Assembly (NCBI RefSeq): GCF_006345805.1
Contig: NC_043012.1
Location: 16,368,001-16,432,000 of the forward strand
Direction of reading: 5' to 3'
DNA from: Octopus sinensis
Lineage: Eukaryota
DNA: 64,000 nt
The notes beneath the pieces were generated by a model. The model was not told the origin of the DNA. It ran no database searches and saw only the letters and a program-made list of their open reading frames with translations. The translations under genes were made by a program, and so were the position numbers. This document shows, piece after piece, positions 51,752 to 64,000 of the stretch (its first letter is position 1; every line of letters starts with the position of its first letter).

Positions 51752-51970
51752 GTACATTTATATACGGTCACTTGGTCACTTGAGCAATATAACTATACAA
51801 GTGCAGTTGGCGATTTCTTTTCCTTCTTTGGACTTTTCCCTTTCTATTTTCCGACGAAGAGCTATGCTCGAAACGTCAAACTCTCTTCTCAACGAGCGTG
51901 AACCTAATACATTCCTTGTGCCCGTCCTCTTGTTATCCATTTGCTGAAGTGACCGTATATAAATATACGT
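51750..51970 (+). mobile_element. Short hammerhead-bearing element with ~30-bp inverted ends
   Basis: ACGTACATTTATATACGGTCACTT..GAGCAA / TTGCTGAAGTGACCGTATATAAATATACGT. Confidence 0.75.
51848..51880 (+). ncRNA. Minimal type-I hammerhead motif (U4C variant)
   Basis: UUU-CCGACGA-A-GAGC(UAU)GCUC-GAAAC-GUC-AAA; GUC triplet. Confidence 0.7.
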
Positions 51971-52210
51971 TTAGCCCATCGTATATGTGTCTGTATTTGT
52001 GTTTGTGTCTGTGTTTGTCACCCCAACATCGCTTGACAACCGATGCTGGTGTGTTTACGTCTCCGTAACTTAGCGGTTCGTCAAAAGAGACCGACAGAAT
52101 AAATACTAGGCTTACAAAGAATAAGTCCAGGGGTCGAATTGTTCGACTAAAGGCGCTGTTCCAGCATAGCCGCAGTCAAATGACTGAAACAAGTAAAAGA
52201 ATATATATAT

Positions 52211-53112
52211 AGCACCACCTTATACAATTATCTAAATCCTTTTTGAGTAATGTTTTATGGTATTATGGTCCATTCAAGTAGTGAGTTCTTGTTGGGTGAG
52301 TAGTATCCAGGTATAGGTGGCTTATCTGGTATTCCTTGAAGAAATTTGTCCAGACTCCGTTTAAAGGTGATGGGATCTTTTTTCCTCTTTGATCAGTTTC
52401 GGGACAATGTTAAACAGGGCAGGGGCTGTTGAAGAAAAGAAATTGTGTCGCAGTGTACCTATATGTTGTGATCCTAAATTGGGCAGGGAACTATGGTCCT
52501 TGGTCCCAGCCTTGGATGAACATTGAAACTAATGTACAGGTCGTTTGGGCAATGCTGGCAGTATATTCTCCACAACGTGCAAATGATGTACCGCTCGCGG
52601 CGGCCTGGAGAGAGTAAAGTTTCAAGGCTTTAAGGCGGTCCCAGTAATCGAGATCAGTCATGTCCTTAATTCGTTTAGTGAATGGCCTCTAGGGTTTTCA
52701 ATTTACGAGATGTTTTGTTTGTATGGGAAGTCCACAGAGGGCAGCAGTATTCGAGGTGTGGCCGTACAAAAGAGGAGAAAAGTGGAATGATGACACCTTG
52801 TTCTCTGGACCGGAAGGCTCTTAAGATCCAGGAGCTCATGCTACGAGCTATATCGACCGTATTGTTGATGTGGGCACTCCAACTGAGATTGTTATCATCA
52901 ATTACACTTAGGTCTCTGATATTATTTTATGCTTTGAGCGGTTCCCCTGAAGGAGGTATATATTTCTTCCAAAATGCATCAGCTCAAATTTTCCCTCGTG
53001 TAGATGCATTTTGTTTTTGTCTGTCCATTGATTCATCGCATATAGATCAGACTGGAGTTGAGTTCGACCTTCTTCATTGAGGATTTTCTGGAGTTTAGTG
53101 TCATCAGCAAAG
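52211..53112 (-). mobile_element. CR1/L2-like LINE ORF2 3' fragment (pseudogenised)
   Basis: Minus strand reads FADDTKL (53092-53112), RDLSVIDDNNLSW, FVRPHLEYCCPLW, YWDRLKALKLYSL and FKRSLDKFLQGIPDKP. Confidence 0.9.
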
Positions 53113-53357
53113 TGCCTTTAATTAATTAATCAATTTATATCAGCCTGACAAACCTAAGTACATTCCAACAAATGGACAGTGTCATATAATACGTCGACGT
53201 AATTCATGGATAACCTCGGTGTGTTTTCACTCACCACATGGTCTATAAACGGTCTATAATAAGAATTTCTCCTCATATACAGTCATCTGAGCGAAGGTCT
53301 TTCCCCGTTAGCAATGTTCACGATCATGAACCCTAACACACACATATATATATATAT

Positions 53358-53627
53358 AGTATTAATAAAGTAGGGTATGTGTATTAGACTCTTATTAAGT
53401 ACAACACACGTTTCGACCCATCGTTTCTTGTGTCGGCTTGCTGCTAGATTTTTCTTTGCTTCATTCTTTCTCCAATTTCATGGACATATAGAAACAAGCA
53501 AGCCGACACAAGAAATCTCTAGTGAGACTTTTTATTGATGTACCCGAAGAGATCCAGAACGAGGGGTCGAAACGTGTTGTATTTAATAAAGTCTCATACA
53601 CATACCCTCTCCTACGTTATTAATACT
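53358..53627. repeat. Nested inverted repeats around a hammerhead
   Basis: Outer arms at 53358-53425 and 53558-53627; inner arms TTTCTTGTGTCGGCTTGCT / AGCAAGCCGACACAAGAAA. Confidence 0.88.
53540..53582 (+). ncRNA. Type-I hammerhead motif (U4C variant)
   Basis: GUAC-CCGAAGA-GAUCC(AGAACGAG)GGGUC-GAAAC-GU-GUU-GUAU. The inverted copy preserves GAAAC-GUGU-GUU-GUAC. Confidence 0.7.
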
Positions 53628-53746
53628 GTTACCCTAACTGTCACTGCGAAGTTCCTGAAATAAATCTACGGATAACAACAGGTAGCCTAGACTGTGCTGG
53701 TGCTTTGCTCCTTATCTAATTATGCATCTTTTTATAATGTTTCCAT

Positions 53747-53780
<34 letters not shown>

Positions 53781-53908
53781 CGTGATCACCGTGATCACCG
53801 TGACCGACCAGGCTATCAAATGTTGCTACACATCACTGGTCACAATGCCTTTCGCATTGTTTTAGCCTTCAAGTGACACCACCCCACTGGGTAAGCGATC
53901 AGGCCAAT

Positions 53909-53983
<75 letters not shown>

Positions 53984-54149
53984 GGGAGAATCCACGAAAA
54001 AAAACAAAAAACAAAGACAGGTGGTGTAGAAAACAAACAGATGTATTAGTATAACGCTCAGGAAGGAACACAGAAAGAAATAAGGAGAGAAACAAGGAAG
54101 AGAGAAAAATGTGTGTAGTGGCTACCGATCTATCATGGCGACATATATA

Positions 54150-54215
<66 letters not shown>

Positions 54216-55074
54216 ATATATATATATGCATATGAAAACGAGATGATCAGAACTCAAACGCCTTCGACTTAAACCTGATCAACAAAGGTTTAACCTGAGG
54301 AATAAATAAACCGGCAACAACGATAACAACAGGTTTCCACAACCACCATTGTTGTGAAAAATATAAAGGTTAGTGACCTTACATAAAAATCATCCGTGAT
54401 GTGTAAATTCAAACTTAAGACCTTTACTTTTAAATATTATCTCGAACCGGGCGATTTAAGCACACGGCAAATGGTAATTACATAAAAACAAAGCTTTAAA
54501 ACATTCAAACAAACCCAAAATTAAACGAAATACATGCGGCTAATGTGGAAACTTCTAAACATCAGTTATTTCTCATATAATTTTATAAAGCAAGCCAGAA
54601 ACAGGAATTAGATTTGCTTCCTTCATTCGTGTCTCATTGATGGGTCTTTTTAAAATTTTGTTTTTGATATTTAAAACCCAATGATTTTGCTTATTAAATA
54701 TTAAAAATATCTAAAAAATTTTCGAGAAAATTCTTCTGTCGCAGCTTGTAGTTTTATTGTAAGAATCAATTGATGCTCATTTGTTATCTTTATTTTTATC
54801 GGAATATTTTTCTATCCTTATTTTGTTTGTTCTTTATATGGATGTTGCTGTTGTTGTAGATGTTGTTTTGTGTTTTCTGCCATTTTGTTCAACTCTTAAC
54901 AAAAACAAAAAAAAAGACATCATTTAGATTGGAATATCTCAGTAGTTTTACTTTTTCTTCATTTTATTTATTTTATTTCTGTTATGTAATTTATTTAACA
55001 TTTTGATCGACAACAATTGAAGACATTTTGGTATCGATGCCGTCACACTGTCATATATCAATGTTATATATATA

Positions 55075-55105
<31 letters not shown>

Positions 55106-55187
55106 TTATGTATATGTATGTATATATATATATAATATATATAATATATATATACACATATACATATATATATATATACACACACAC

Positions 55188-55238
<51 letters not shown>

Positions 55239-56687
55239 TACACACATTTACATATATGCATATATATATTTTATGGACCAGAAAAATGATAAATAATGGA
55301 AACCATTTCCTTTCTTCTACATTGTTAGATCTTAATAATATTAATAAAATATTAATAATATTAGAAGAATGTGAAATAAGTAAAATGTAAAGCACACACA
55401 CCCCACTCCCCACACATATATATAGGAATGAAAGAAAGAATATACACTCATTTATACATATTATAAGATACACAAGTACACATATGTACATATATACATA
55501 CATATACACATACATATGCATATATATATATATATATATGCATGTGTATATGTGTATATAACATATTTATATGTATACGTATGTATATATGTATGCGTGT
55601 GTGTGTGTGTGCACGTGCGCTCGCAGTAGAGAGGAAGAGAGATAAAGTGTGTGACAAATCAACATGACTTCTTTGACATTTGCTTCCAGCCACCATGAGA
55701 TTTGGTAACTTCCGTTCTTTTCCATTTCAGTTAAGAGAAAAATTGCTGTTGACTGAGAGAGAGAGTGGGGGGGAAGAGAGAGAGAGAGAGAGAGATAGGA
55801 GAAAAGGGAAAGAGAAAGAAATAGAGAGAGAGAGATTTGAAAACTGTTAGGAATAGAGAAAAATAATAAAATCTGAAACGATTTTATTTTTCCTAAATAA
55901 CTTGGAACTCTTTGCTACATGTAAATGTTACGGATGGAAATGTGAATGTTGCGTGGACTTTTCTCGAATCAAAAACAATGGTCTCTTAACAGTGACACAA
56001 GAATATAAAAGAGAGACAGAAGCAGAGCGGTCAGAGGTTGTGTCATATCTGTCTTTGGTCAGCCGACCTACGTTAAATAACATACAAATCTTTCTCGAAT
56101 TAGATCTTATAGTGTACGATCGCAAAAAGCGGCTGAAATGCAAGTCCTCGGACAAATTTCAGAAGTAACCTTACTAGAGAAGATGCAAAGAGGGCAAAGG
56201 TCAAAGAGCGTCACCTGGTAGAGCCGCGTTGAAAGGTCAAAATTCTGGTGCATGTGATTAGAACGTCGTAGGAAATAATCGCAAGAGAGATTCTGGGATC
56301 CAAGCTAACCGGCAGAAAACGTAGGGTTAAACGAAAAACGATGTGGTCGAATATAGTCCATAGTATCAATTGGTCACTCTTGGTAAATCAGCCGAAAAGT
56401 CTAATCCCGATTACTTCTGATTAGAGCTTATGGAAGGGGTACTTGAAGACTCTTCCCCCGTTACCTTCCTAGTAAGTGTTGGTGGAGAAAACGGATGGAT
56501 TGATGGATGGATCTTATAATCTTGTTTATGTAGTTCTAAAGTCTATCAGAAAACGAAATGTCGAATGGAACATTGTCGGAACGCTGGATGTCGTAAGTCT
56601 ACTTGGCCAGAGATGACCTGGGGCTAAACACCAAGAACATCATTGACTCGCATAGGATCTTAATCATAGCTCTAGTGGCAGGTGTGT

Positions 56688-56731
<44 letters not shown>

Positions 56732-57826
56732 GTGTCTTTGTGTAACTCAGTGACATGTTAACCATATAACAGGCTCCACATCCCGCCCCCTCAGATAGTA
56801 TAGCCTAAAATTTCGAGATATCTTAATTCATCACTCAACTACTACTACTACACACACACGCACGCACGCACGCACGCACACATCTTATCTTTTGCTTCTA
56901 CAATACTGCAAATGTCGCACTGTCCATGATACAGAAGTAGCAACATATAGCAGACATATTTATTTAGCTGGTTAGTTAGCTATCCATCTAGCTAGCCAAC
57001 TATATATACATCTATCCATCTACCTTCCTCTCTATCTATTTGTACGTATATCTGTCAATCTAGCAACATATTAATCCATTCATTCATACATCTACCTACT
57101 TACATGTCTGCCCGTTTATCTACCGACATATTCATCTGTCCATCTATCTGTCTATCTAAACATCTATCCAGCTCGCTATTTGACTGTCCCTCTATCCATT
57201 TATGTATTTATTTACCTATCTTTCTATCTAACTCCCTATTTATGCATTTGTCTGTCAATCAACGTATCTTGCCATCCATTCACCTATCTAAATATGTATC
57301 TTTTTATCCATTTATCTACACACATATTTATCTGCCTGTCTATGTATCTATTCCTCCATACACTTAGTTATCTATCCATCTATCTATTTATTCATCTATC
57401 TATCTATCTAAACAAAATCGAATACACATACACAATGTGTGTGGGGGTGTTAGTTCACGGGTCGGCTGCGTTTTTTAGGCGTAAGAGAATATATTCTCAA
57501 TGCGCCTAGTGTTAAAAACACCTGAAAGTAAGTCATAGACAAGCGAGACAACTCACACCAGGTCCCTTTCGGAGCGACAGACATCAACGTTTCGTCATCG
57601 TTGTGATTTTTCACAACTTTTCACGAACAAGGGCTGCTGCAAGCTATATCGCTGACTATGACTACATGCTAAATGGTTTGAAAACCATCTACCTACATAA
57701 CGAATGAAAACAAACATAACCCAAAATGCCAACATGCTATTTATTCTCTGTTGTGTTCGCTACCTTCCCTGTCTGGGTGAGGTCTTTAACAGTGAAGGAA
57801 ACTGGATGAAACCAAACCGGAAAGTA

Positions 57827-58381
57827 CGAGGATGAATCAAAAAGTAATGCCATTTTGTTTAGGACAGGTATAATTACCATCACAGGAACAGGTATCATAC
57901 CTCAAAATGAAGCTGGTCTTTTGTGGATCACATCCCTACATCTCAACATAGTCACCGTTTCTCTCAATAGCAATGTTCCACCTTCGAATGAGAGCATGTA
58001 TCTCTGCCCCGTAAAATTCTGTTGACTGTTCTTTGTGCCACTTTTTCACTAAAGTCAGAGACAACACCAGCTTTCGAAGGCTCGTAACAGATGATAAAAC
58101 ATTTGCTTTCATCATTAAGAACCGGAATCAAAGAGGCAGTCAATGGAATGGCACCACTCTACGTCACCACCACCGAAAAAGTTCAAGACGCAAAAGTCAG
58201 TTGGAAAAGTTATGGCGACTGTCTTTTGGGGTGCTCAAGGTGTCATTCTGGTCGATTTCTGGCCAAAAGGAAAAACAATAAACTCATAATAAGCTTCATT
58301 TTGATGTATGGTTCATGTTCCTGTGTTGGTAATTATACACCTGTCCTAAACAAAATGGCATTACTTTTTGACTCACCCTCG
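57827..58381. mobile_element. Rearranged non-autonomous mariner derivative with ~88-bp inverted ends and TA TSD
   Basis: TA-CGAGGATGAATCAAAAAGTAATGCC ... GGCATTACTTTTTGACTCACCCTCG-TA. Transposase C-terminus on the minus strand (EQSTEFYGAEIHALIRRWNIAIERNGDYVE); mid-region on the plus strand (EPESKRQSMEW...GKVMATVFWGAQGVILVDF). Confidence 0.9.
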
Positions 58382-58895
58382 TAACTTTGGAAAATTAAGA
58401 CAAAAGAAAAACAAAATTATTGGTATTAGGTTTGATAGAATTGTTACAGCATCAGGCAAGTAAGTGGCGATATTTATTTACGACTCTTGACATTCTGAGT
58501 TCAAATCTTGCTGATGTCGGCTTTACTATTTATCCTTCTGGAGTTAACACAATCGACTGTTCTTTAATTCAAAACTTTCACCCATGTTCCTATAAATAGC
58601 AATACTATTTATTAATAAGCTGAGAGGTCGGTTTCGCATCCTATCACCAGTGAAGTTTTGAGACACTGAAAAAAGATGCTTAATTTAAAGACGAAGCATT
58701 TATGAAGATGTGCTTCCATTTCAAACAATGCTGGAGTAGAAGAATGGGACAAGAAGAGAAGAAATTTTTGAACGAATAAAATAGAAAATCTCCCACCAAA
58801 ATCAAACTAGACGTTCTGGGGTCGATAAAGCACTGGGTAAAGCACTGTCGGAAAAAATACCCTGAAATCCTACTACATCCCTTTTCACTCAACTA

Positions 58896-59053
58896 GGCTC
58901 AGGTGTGGCTGTAGTACGAAGCTTGCTTCCCAACTACATGGTTCCGAGTTCAGTCCAACTGCCTGCCGCCTTAAGCACGTGTCTTCTACTAAAGATTCGG
59001 GACGACCAAAGCCTTGTGGGGATTTGGCAGACGGAGACTGAAAGAAGCCCGCC

Positions 59054-59101
<48 letters not shown>

Positions 59102-59305
59102 TTGCCCCCCACTACCACTGCTTGACAACCGGGGTTGTTGTGTTTATATCTCCGTAACTTAGCGGCTCGGCAAAAGTGACCGATAGAATGATTACCAGGG
59201 TTAAAAACAAAATAATACGTACTGCTGGTGGATTCATTCGACTAAAAATTCTTTAAGGTTGTGCCCCAGCATGGCCACAGTATAATGACTGAAGCAAGGA
59301 AAAGA
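58896..59305 (+). mobile_element. SINE family A
   Basis: Head, microsatellite and tail match. Confidence 0.85.
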
Positions 59306-60213
59306 TTTTAAAAAGTACCCAACTATCCAAATTATGTGGTTTAGAATCAAAAGAGTTTTTATTGCAATCGCTCCTGCATTTGTGAAATAGCAGTCAAATA
59401 AATGTATTTCCAATCTTAGCTTACTTAGGACTTAGGTCTATCATCAGCCCGAGGACTCATAAGGACTCGTCAGGCTGAAATTGAGCTTGGTTTCGTCGGC
59501 TTATACAAGACTGAGATCACTACGCTCTCTTTCCCGCTGAACAAGACGTCACAGAGTTTACTCCCTTGCTATTGCTGGAACTCATTAAACAGCTCAGCGA
59601 CGTGAAATGGAAGTGTTCTGGTCCAAAACACAATGCACCGCTCGGGCCAGGAATCAATACCACAATCTTAGAATCGTGATAACAACACCCTGATCATTAA
59701 CCCACACACTTTATTGCCTTCAAAAAAAAAAGGACTGAGTAGATAGAAAAAATAGAACAGGACAGATTGTTCAAGGTCGAAATAACATCGACAATACTTC
59801 GACCGTATTCTTGATTAAGTCTGTGTAATAAGGAATAACAAGGTAACGTGTAAAAATAGGGGATAGTATTCACTGCCGGACGTATCCCCCTTGGTTACTG
59901 TGGGTGTTTTGACCATTCTTTTGACTGGTTCACTTTGACCAACTAACTTGATGCTGACCAGCTGCTCCGTTAGTTTTAATGCTGATTATTTTACCAGATG
60001 AGTGGACGGAGGTAAGGAGAAGTAAAGCGCCTTGACCAAAGACTCTACGAGTCTCCTGGACTCGGAATCGGTAACTCAGTTTCTTCGCGCTAACCTATGC
60101 GTCATCTCAATCAAAAAATTCTTACATATGAAGAGCAAAACGAGAAGTTTGGAAGCTGAAGGAGGGGAAACAGATAACAATGACGAAGATGATGTTGATG
60201 ATACTTCTGCTAC

Positions 60214-60244
<31 letters not shown>

Positions 60245-60559
60245 GGTGGTGGTTGTTGTTGTGATGGTAGTGGTGATGGTGGTGGTGGTGGTGGTGGTGG
60301 CGGTGGTGGTCGGATTTTTTTTCTTTGTTTTACTCTGATATTAATATGAAAAAATAAAGTTTATCTTCATCATCTTAATGGAATCATCGTTCTTTTAATA
60401 AGATTACTTTTGTTATGGCTGCTATTGTTGTTGTTCTTGTTGTTGCCGTCTTCATACCAATAATCCTTGTTGCTGCTGTTGTTGCTATTTATTATTACTG
60501 TCCAACTTTTTTTTTCTTTTTATTAACATGTAGAGTTGCAGGAAATCGTTTCTTTTGGT

Positions 60560-60603
60560 TTGTTCGTTGGCTAGTTGGCTGCTTGCTTGGCTGGCCGACT
60601 CGT

Positions 60604-60656
<53 letters not shown>

Positions 60657-60945
60657 CGTTGGCTGTCTAGTTGGCTGCTTGCTTGGTTGGGTTGGTGATT
60701 GGCTGGCTAGCTACTTGCTTGCTTGCTTGCTTGCTTGCTTAGGTGGGTGGCTTGCTCGCTAGCTGCCTGCTTGCTTGCTTGGGTGATTTGCTTGCTTGCT
60801 TGCTTGGGTGGTTGGCTGGCTAACTGGCTGCTTGCTTGCTTCCTTGCTTGCTTGACTGGCTTGCCTGATTGGCTGGTTTCTTGCTTGCTAGATTGGTAAG
60901 TTAGTTGCTGATTGGCTAGTTTGTTAGTTGGTTGGTTGGTTGTTC
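60560..60945. repeat. Degenerate (GGCT)n/(GCTT)n tetranucleotide field
   Basis: Directly visible; a similar tract lies at 4090-4240. Confidence 0.9.
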
Positions 60946-62127
60946 TTGTTGTTACTAATGTTGTTGTTATTGTTACGCCGTTCCTCTGCCTAATGTTTCT
61001 AATTTGTTGTGGTTGTTATTGATGTTCTTCTTCATGTCGTCGTCGTCCACGGCGTCATCGTTGTTGTTGCTACGGCTGCTGTAGCTATCTTCTCTGTATG
61101 ATATTACTGTTGTTGTTGTTGTTGGTAGTGGTAGCGGTGGCGATGGTTGTGGTTGTGGTAGAGGGTATGATAGTGGCGGTGGTGATGGTACTAGTGGTGG
61201 TGATGGTTGTGGTCGTCGTCGTCGCTGTCATAGTCATGGCTGTAGGGTGGTGGCGGCGGCGGTGGTGGTGGTGGTGGTGGTGGTGGTGGTGGCGGCGGCG
61301 GCGGTGGTGGTGGTGGTGGTGGTAGTGGTGACAATCTCTACATCTCCAGTACCTACAACAACAGCAACAACAACATGCACAACGGCTTCAACAATACCAG
61401 TGGCAATAATGTCGATAACAACAACAACAGCAACAATAACAATAACAACAAACAACGATAGCTACAACAACACCAACAACAGTAACAACAGGACCATTTA
61501 CAACAACTAGCAACAACAATAACAAAAATAAACGCAACATCAACAAAGCAATTAACGCAACTGCGACGTCAGCAGCAACAACAACAACAAAAGCACCAAA
61601 GGTATGCAACTGTTACTGAGACTACCACAATGGCAACAAGAATAAAAACAAACAAAATACAACAAAAAACAGCAAAAGACACAAGCAAAAGCAATAGCAA
61701 TCAGAAGTACATCTTCATGAGTGGATGTGTGTGAATGTGTGTGTGTGTGTGTGTGTATGTGTGTGTGTGTGTGTATGTGTGTGTGTCTGTGTGTAATAAA
61801 GAACTTTGTCATAGTATATGACCGTGGGTTATGTTGGTTGTCAGCCGGAAATATAACTTGAGTCTTTTTTTGTTTTAGAAAGGTCAATTTCTCCCTTCCT
61901 CTCGCTCTCTGTCTCTATCTCTCTCTCTCTCTCCATCTATTTATCTCTCTTTCCCTCTCTCTGACACTATATCTCTCTTTCCCTCTCTCTCACGCTAACT
62001 TTCTCTTTCCCTCTCTCTCTCTCTCACTTTCTTTCTGTCTCCCTTCTATCGTTCTATCTCTCTATCTATCTTTCAGTCTATCTATCTATCTTTCTTTCTT
62101 TCTTTCAGTCTATCTATCTCTCTCAAT

Positions 62128-62216
<89 letters not shown>

Positions 62217-62252
62217 CTCCTGTCTATCTATCTCTCAATTTATCTATCAGTC

Positions 62253-62284
<32 letters not shown>

Positions 62285-62323
62285 ATATATATATATATAT
62301 ATTTACCTTTTAGTTTATCTACC

Positions 62324-63318
62324 TTGAGCGACTTCAACACAACCAAAGCATTCTATAGGGGATTAGTGTCGGGGAGGTACGATGACGAGCTCGGGGCGAA
62401 CCTGGGCGTCGACGAGGAATACTTGACCCGCCTGTTCAGGACGACTTTCGGGCCAGGACCTATGGACAACTTCCAGAGATCCCTGGCCTGGCAGTGCTAC
62501 CGAGAAGCGCTACCCGTTCGGGATAAGCTCTACAGACACGGCTCGAGAAACGCGGGGCCGACCTGCCCGAGATGCGGTCAGAGCGACGAAACCGTTCTGC
62601 ACGCACACGTGCAGTGTCCAACCATTTCCGACTAGTGGGCTTATGTCGAACGACTGCTGTCACGTGTGGGACGAATCGGTTTATCAGCCGAGTCTATCGT
62701 CAATATCGCCACACCTCCTTCCTTCAAACGGGAAGAAAGAACTATTTTCATCATACTTGTGGCTATGGTGAAAGAATGTATCTGGTGGACGCCTCTGAAA
62801 GGATTAGAGACAAACACTTTCATCTCTGGTTAATCTCTCATCAACTTCTTCAAGTGTCACTTGAAAAGGAAAGTGAGAGTAGAGAGGCAAGTTTTGTCTA
62901 GCGAATGTTTCAAAAAAAGATGGGTGAATGTAGCAAGGATGGCACGTATGAATGACGAAGCCACCTTGAGCACAATCCTATGAACCCGGAAAAATTTTAA
63001 ATAGAGAGTTTCTTACTTGCAAATAAATGTGTTAACATATGACATTGATGACCGAGGTTACCGAGGTCTTTTTCGTAGGCTTTTCTTTCCACGGATAAAC
63101 CTTATCTGCTTCCCCCTTTACATCATGACATTTCTGTAATACACGATCCCTATTGGTCGTTATTTTTCTTTTATCCTTTCTTATTTTCCCTTTTTTTTTC
63201 TTTTTACTATCCCTTTTGATCGAAAACCTACCCCACTTTTTTTCTCCTCAAAAAGAAAAGCTCTACTTTGTAATTTATCCCGTCTGTGTTCAGCCCTGTG
63301 TGGCTAATAAAGAAACAT
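62324..63318 (+). mobile_element. Tx1/L1-clade LINE 3' fragment (zf-RVT-like CCHC region plus 3' UTR)
   Basis: RSLAWQCYREALPVRDKLYRHG...[19 protein letters not shown]; premature stops; ends CTAATAAAGAAACA followed by (TATC)n. Confidence 0.9.
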
Positions 63319-63788
63319 ATCTATCTATTTATCTATCTATCTTTATATCTCTCTATCTCTCTATCTATCTGTCTATCTATTTATCTATCTACAAACATAC
63401 AATTACAAGTTTATAGAGCTGTGTGTGTGTGTATGTATGTATGTTAATTTGGCTATATACGTATGCGTATATGTCATACCCTACCATGGGCCCTTAACTC
63501 CTTGATGGAGTCGTAGGGCCGTTTTCGTAGTAGTATACGGTTTCAACATAGTCGATTTCTTCAAGAAAGAGAGAAAGAAAGAGTTACAGAAAGAGAAGAA
63601 TCGACGCCAGTGAATAACTGGTACTTTATTTATCGGCACCGCAAGAAGACAACGCAAAGTTGACTTAGGCATGGTTTCAACTTTGAGCACAGACAGCGGA
63701 ACGATTATTCTAAAATATATATACCAGATGTTCTAACAACTGCTAATTTACCAGCGCCGCGCGTGACGTGTGTGGGTGCATACATGAA

Positions 63789-63888
<100 letters not shown>

Positions 63889-64000
63889 TGTCTGTGTGTA
63901 CGTGCGCGTGTGTGTGTCTCTGTGTGTCCGCGCACAAAAGACCATCCAATTTTTTGTCACTCATCTTTTTTCTACTTGACCAGTGCATAGGTAAGACACT

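Larger units (their letters stand above)
51333..52200 (+). mobile_element. SINE family A sequence (diverged head, conserved tail) interrupted by a hammerhead element
   Basis: Head at about 51333-51500 and tail at 51975-52200. Confidence 0.65.

Noticed and set aside
57575-57605. GAAACGTT motif on the minus strand as another hammerhead
   Set aside because: No upstream CUGANGA box or matching stem I.
62324-62635. Host zinc-finger gene
   Set aside because: It is the CCHC region of a multi-copy LINE with stop codons; two more copies of the element lie in the window.

Overview
AT-rich, gene-poor eukaryotic (animal) DNA, heavy in microsatellites ((TA)n, (CA)n, (GATA)n, (TAA)n). The SINE repertoire and repeat load look like an octopus/cephalopod genome; this is inferred from recall, not a database match. 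No intact protein-coding gene can be supported, and nearly all listed ORFs are microsatellite or TE-fragment artefacts. Recognisable content: at least four tRNA-derived SINE families, 5'-truncated LINE fragments (CR1/L2-like, Tx1/L1-like, R4/Dong-like with a restriction-like endonuclease tail), Tc1/mariner remnants and a hAT MITE with an 8-bp TSD. The main signal is about 11 near-complete minimal type-I hammerhead ribozyme motifs (stem I-CUGANGA-stem II-GAAA-very short, often palindromic stem III-NUH-stem I). They fall in roughly 8-9 unrelated short non-coding repeat families, mostly within inverted (fold-back) repeats beside (TA)n, which is the architecture of Penelope-like element ends and retrozymes. 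One family is a tRNA-headed SINE with a hammerhead in its tail, and one motif shows the compensatory U3:A8 core swap. All coordinates and pairings were read by eye, and element boundaries are approximate.
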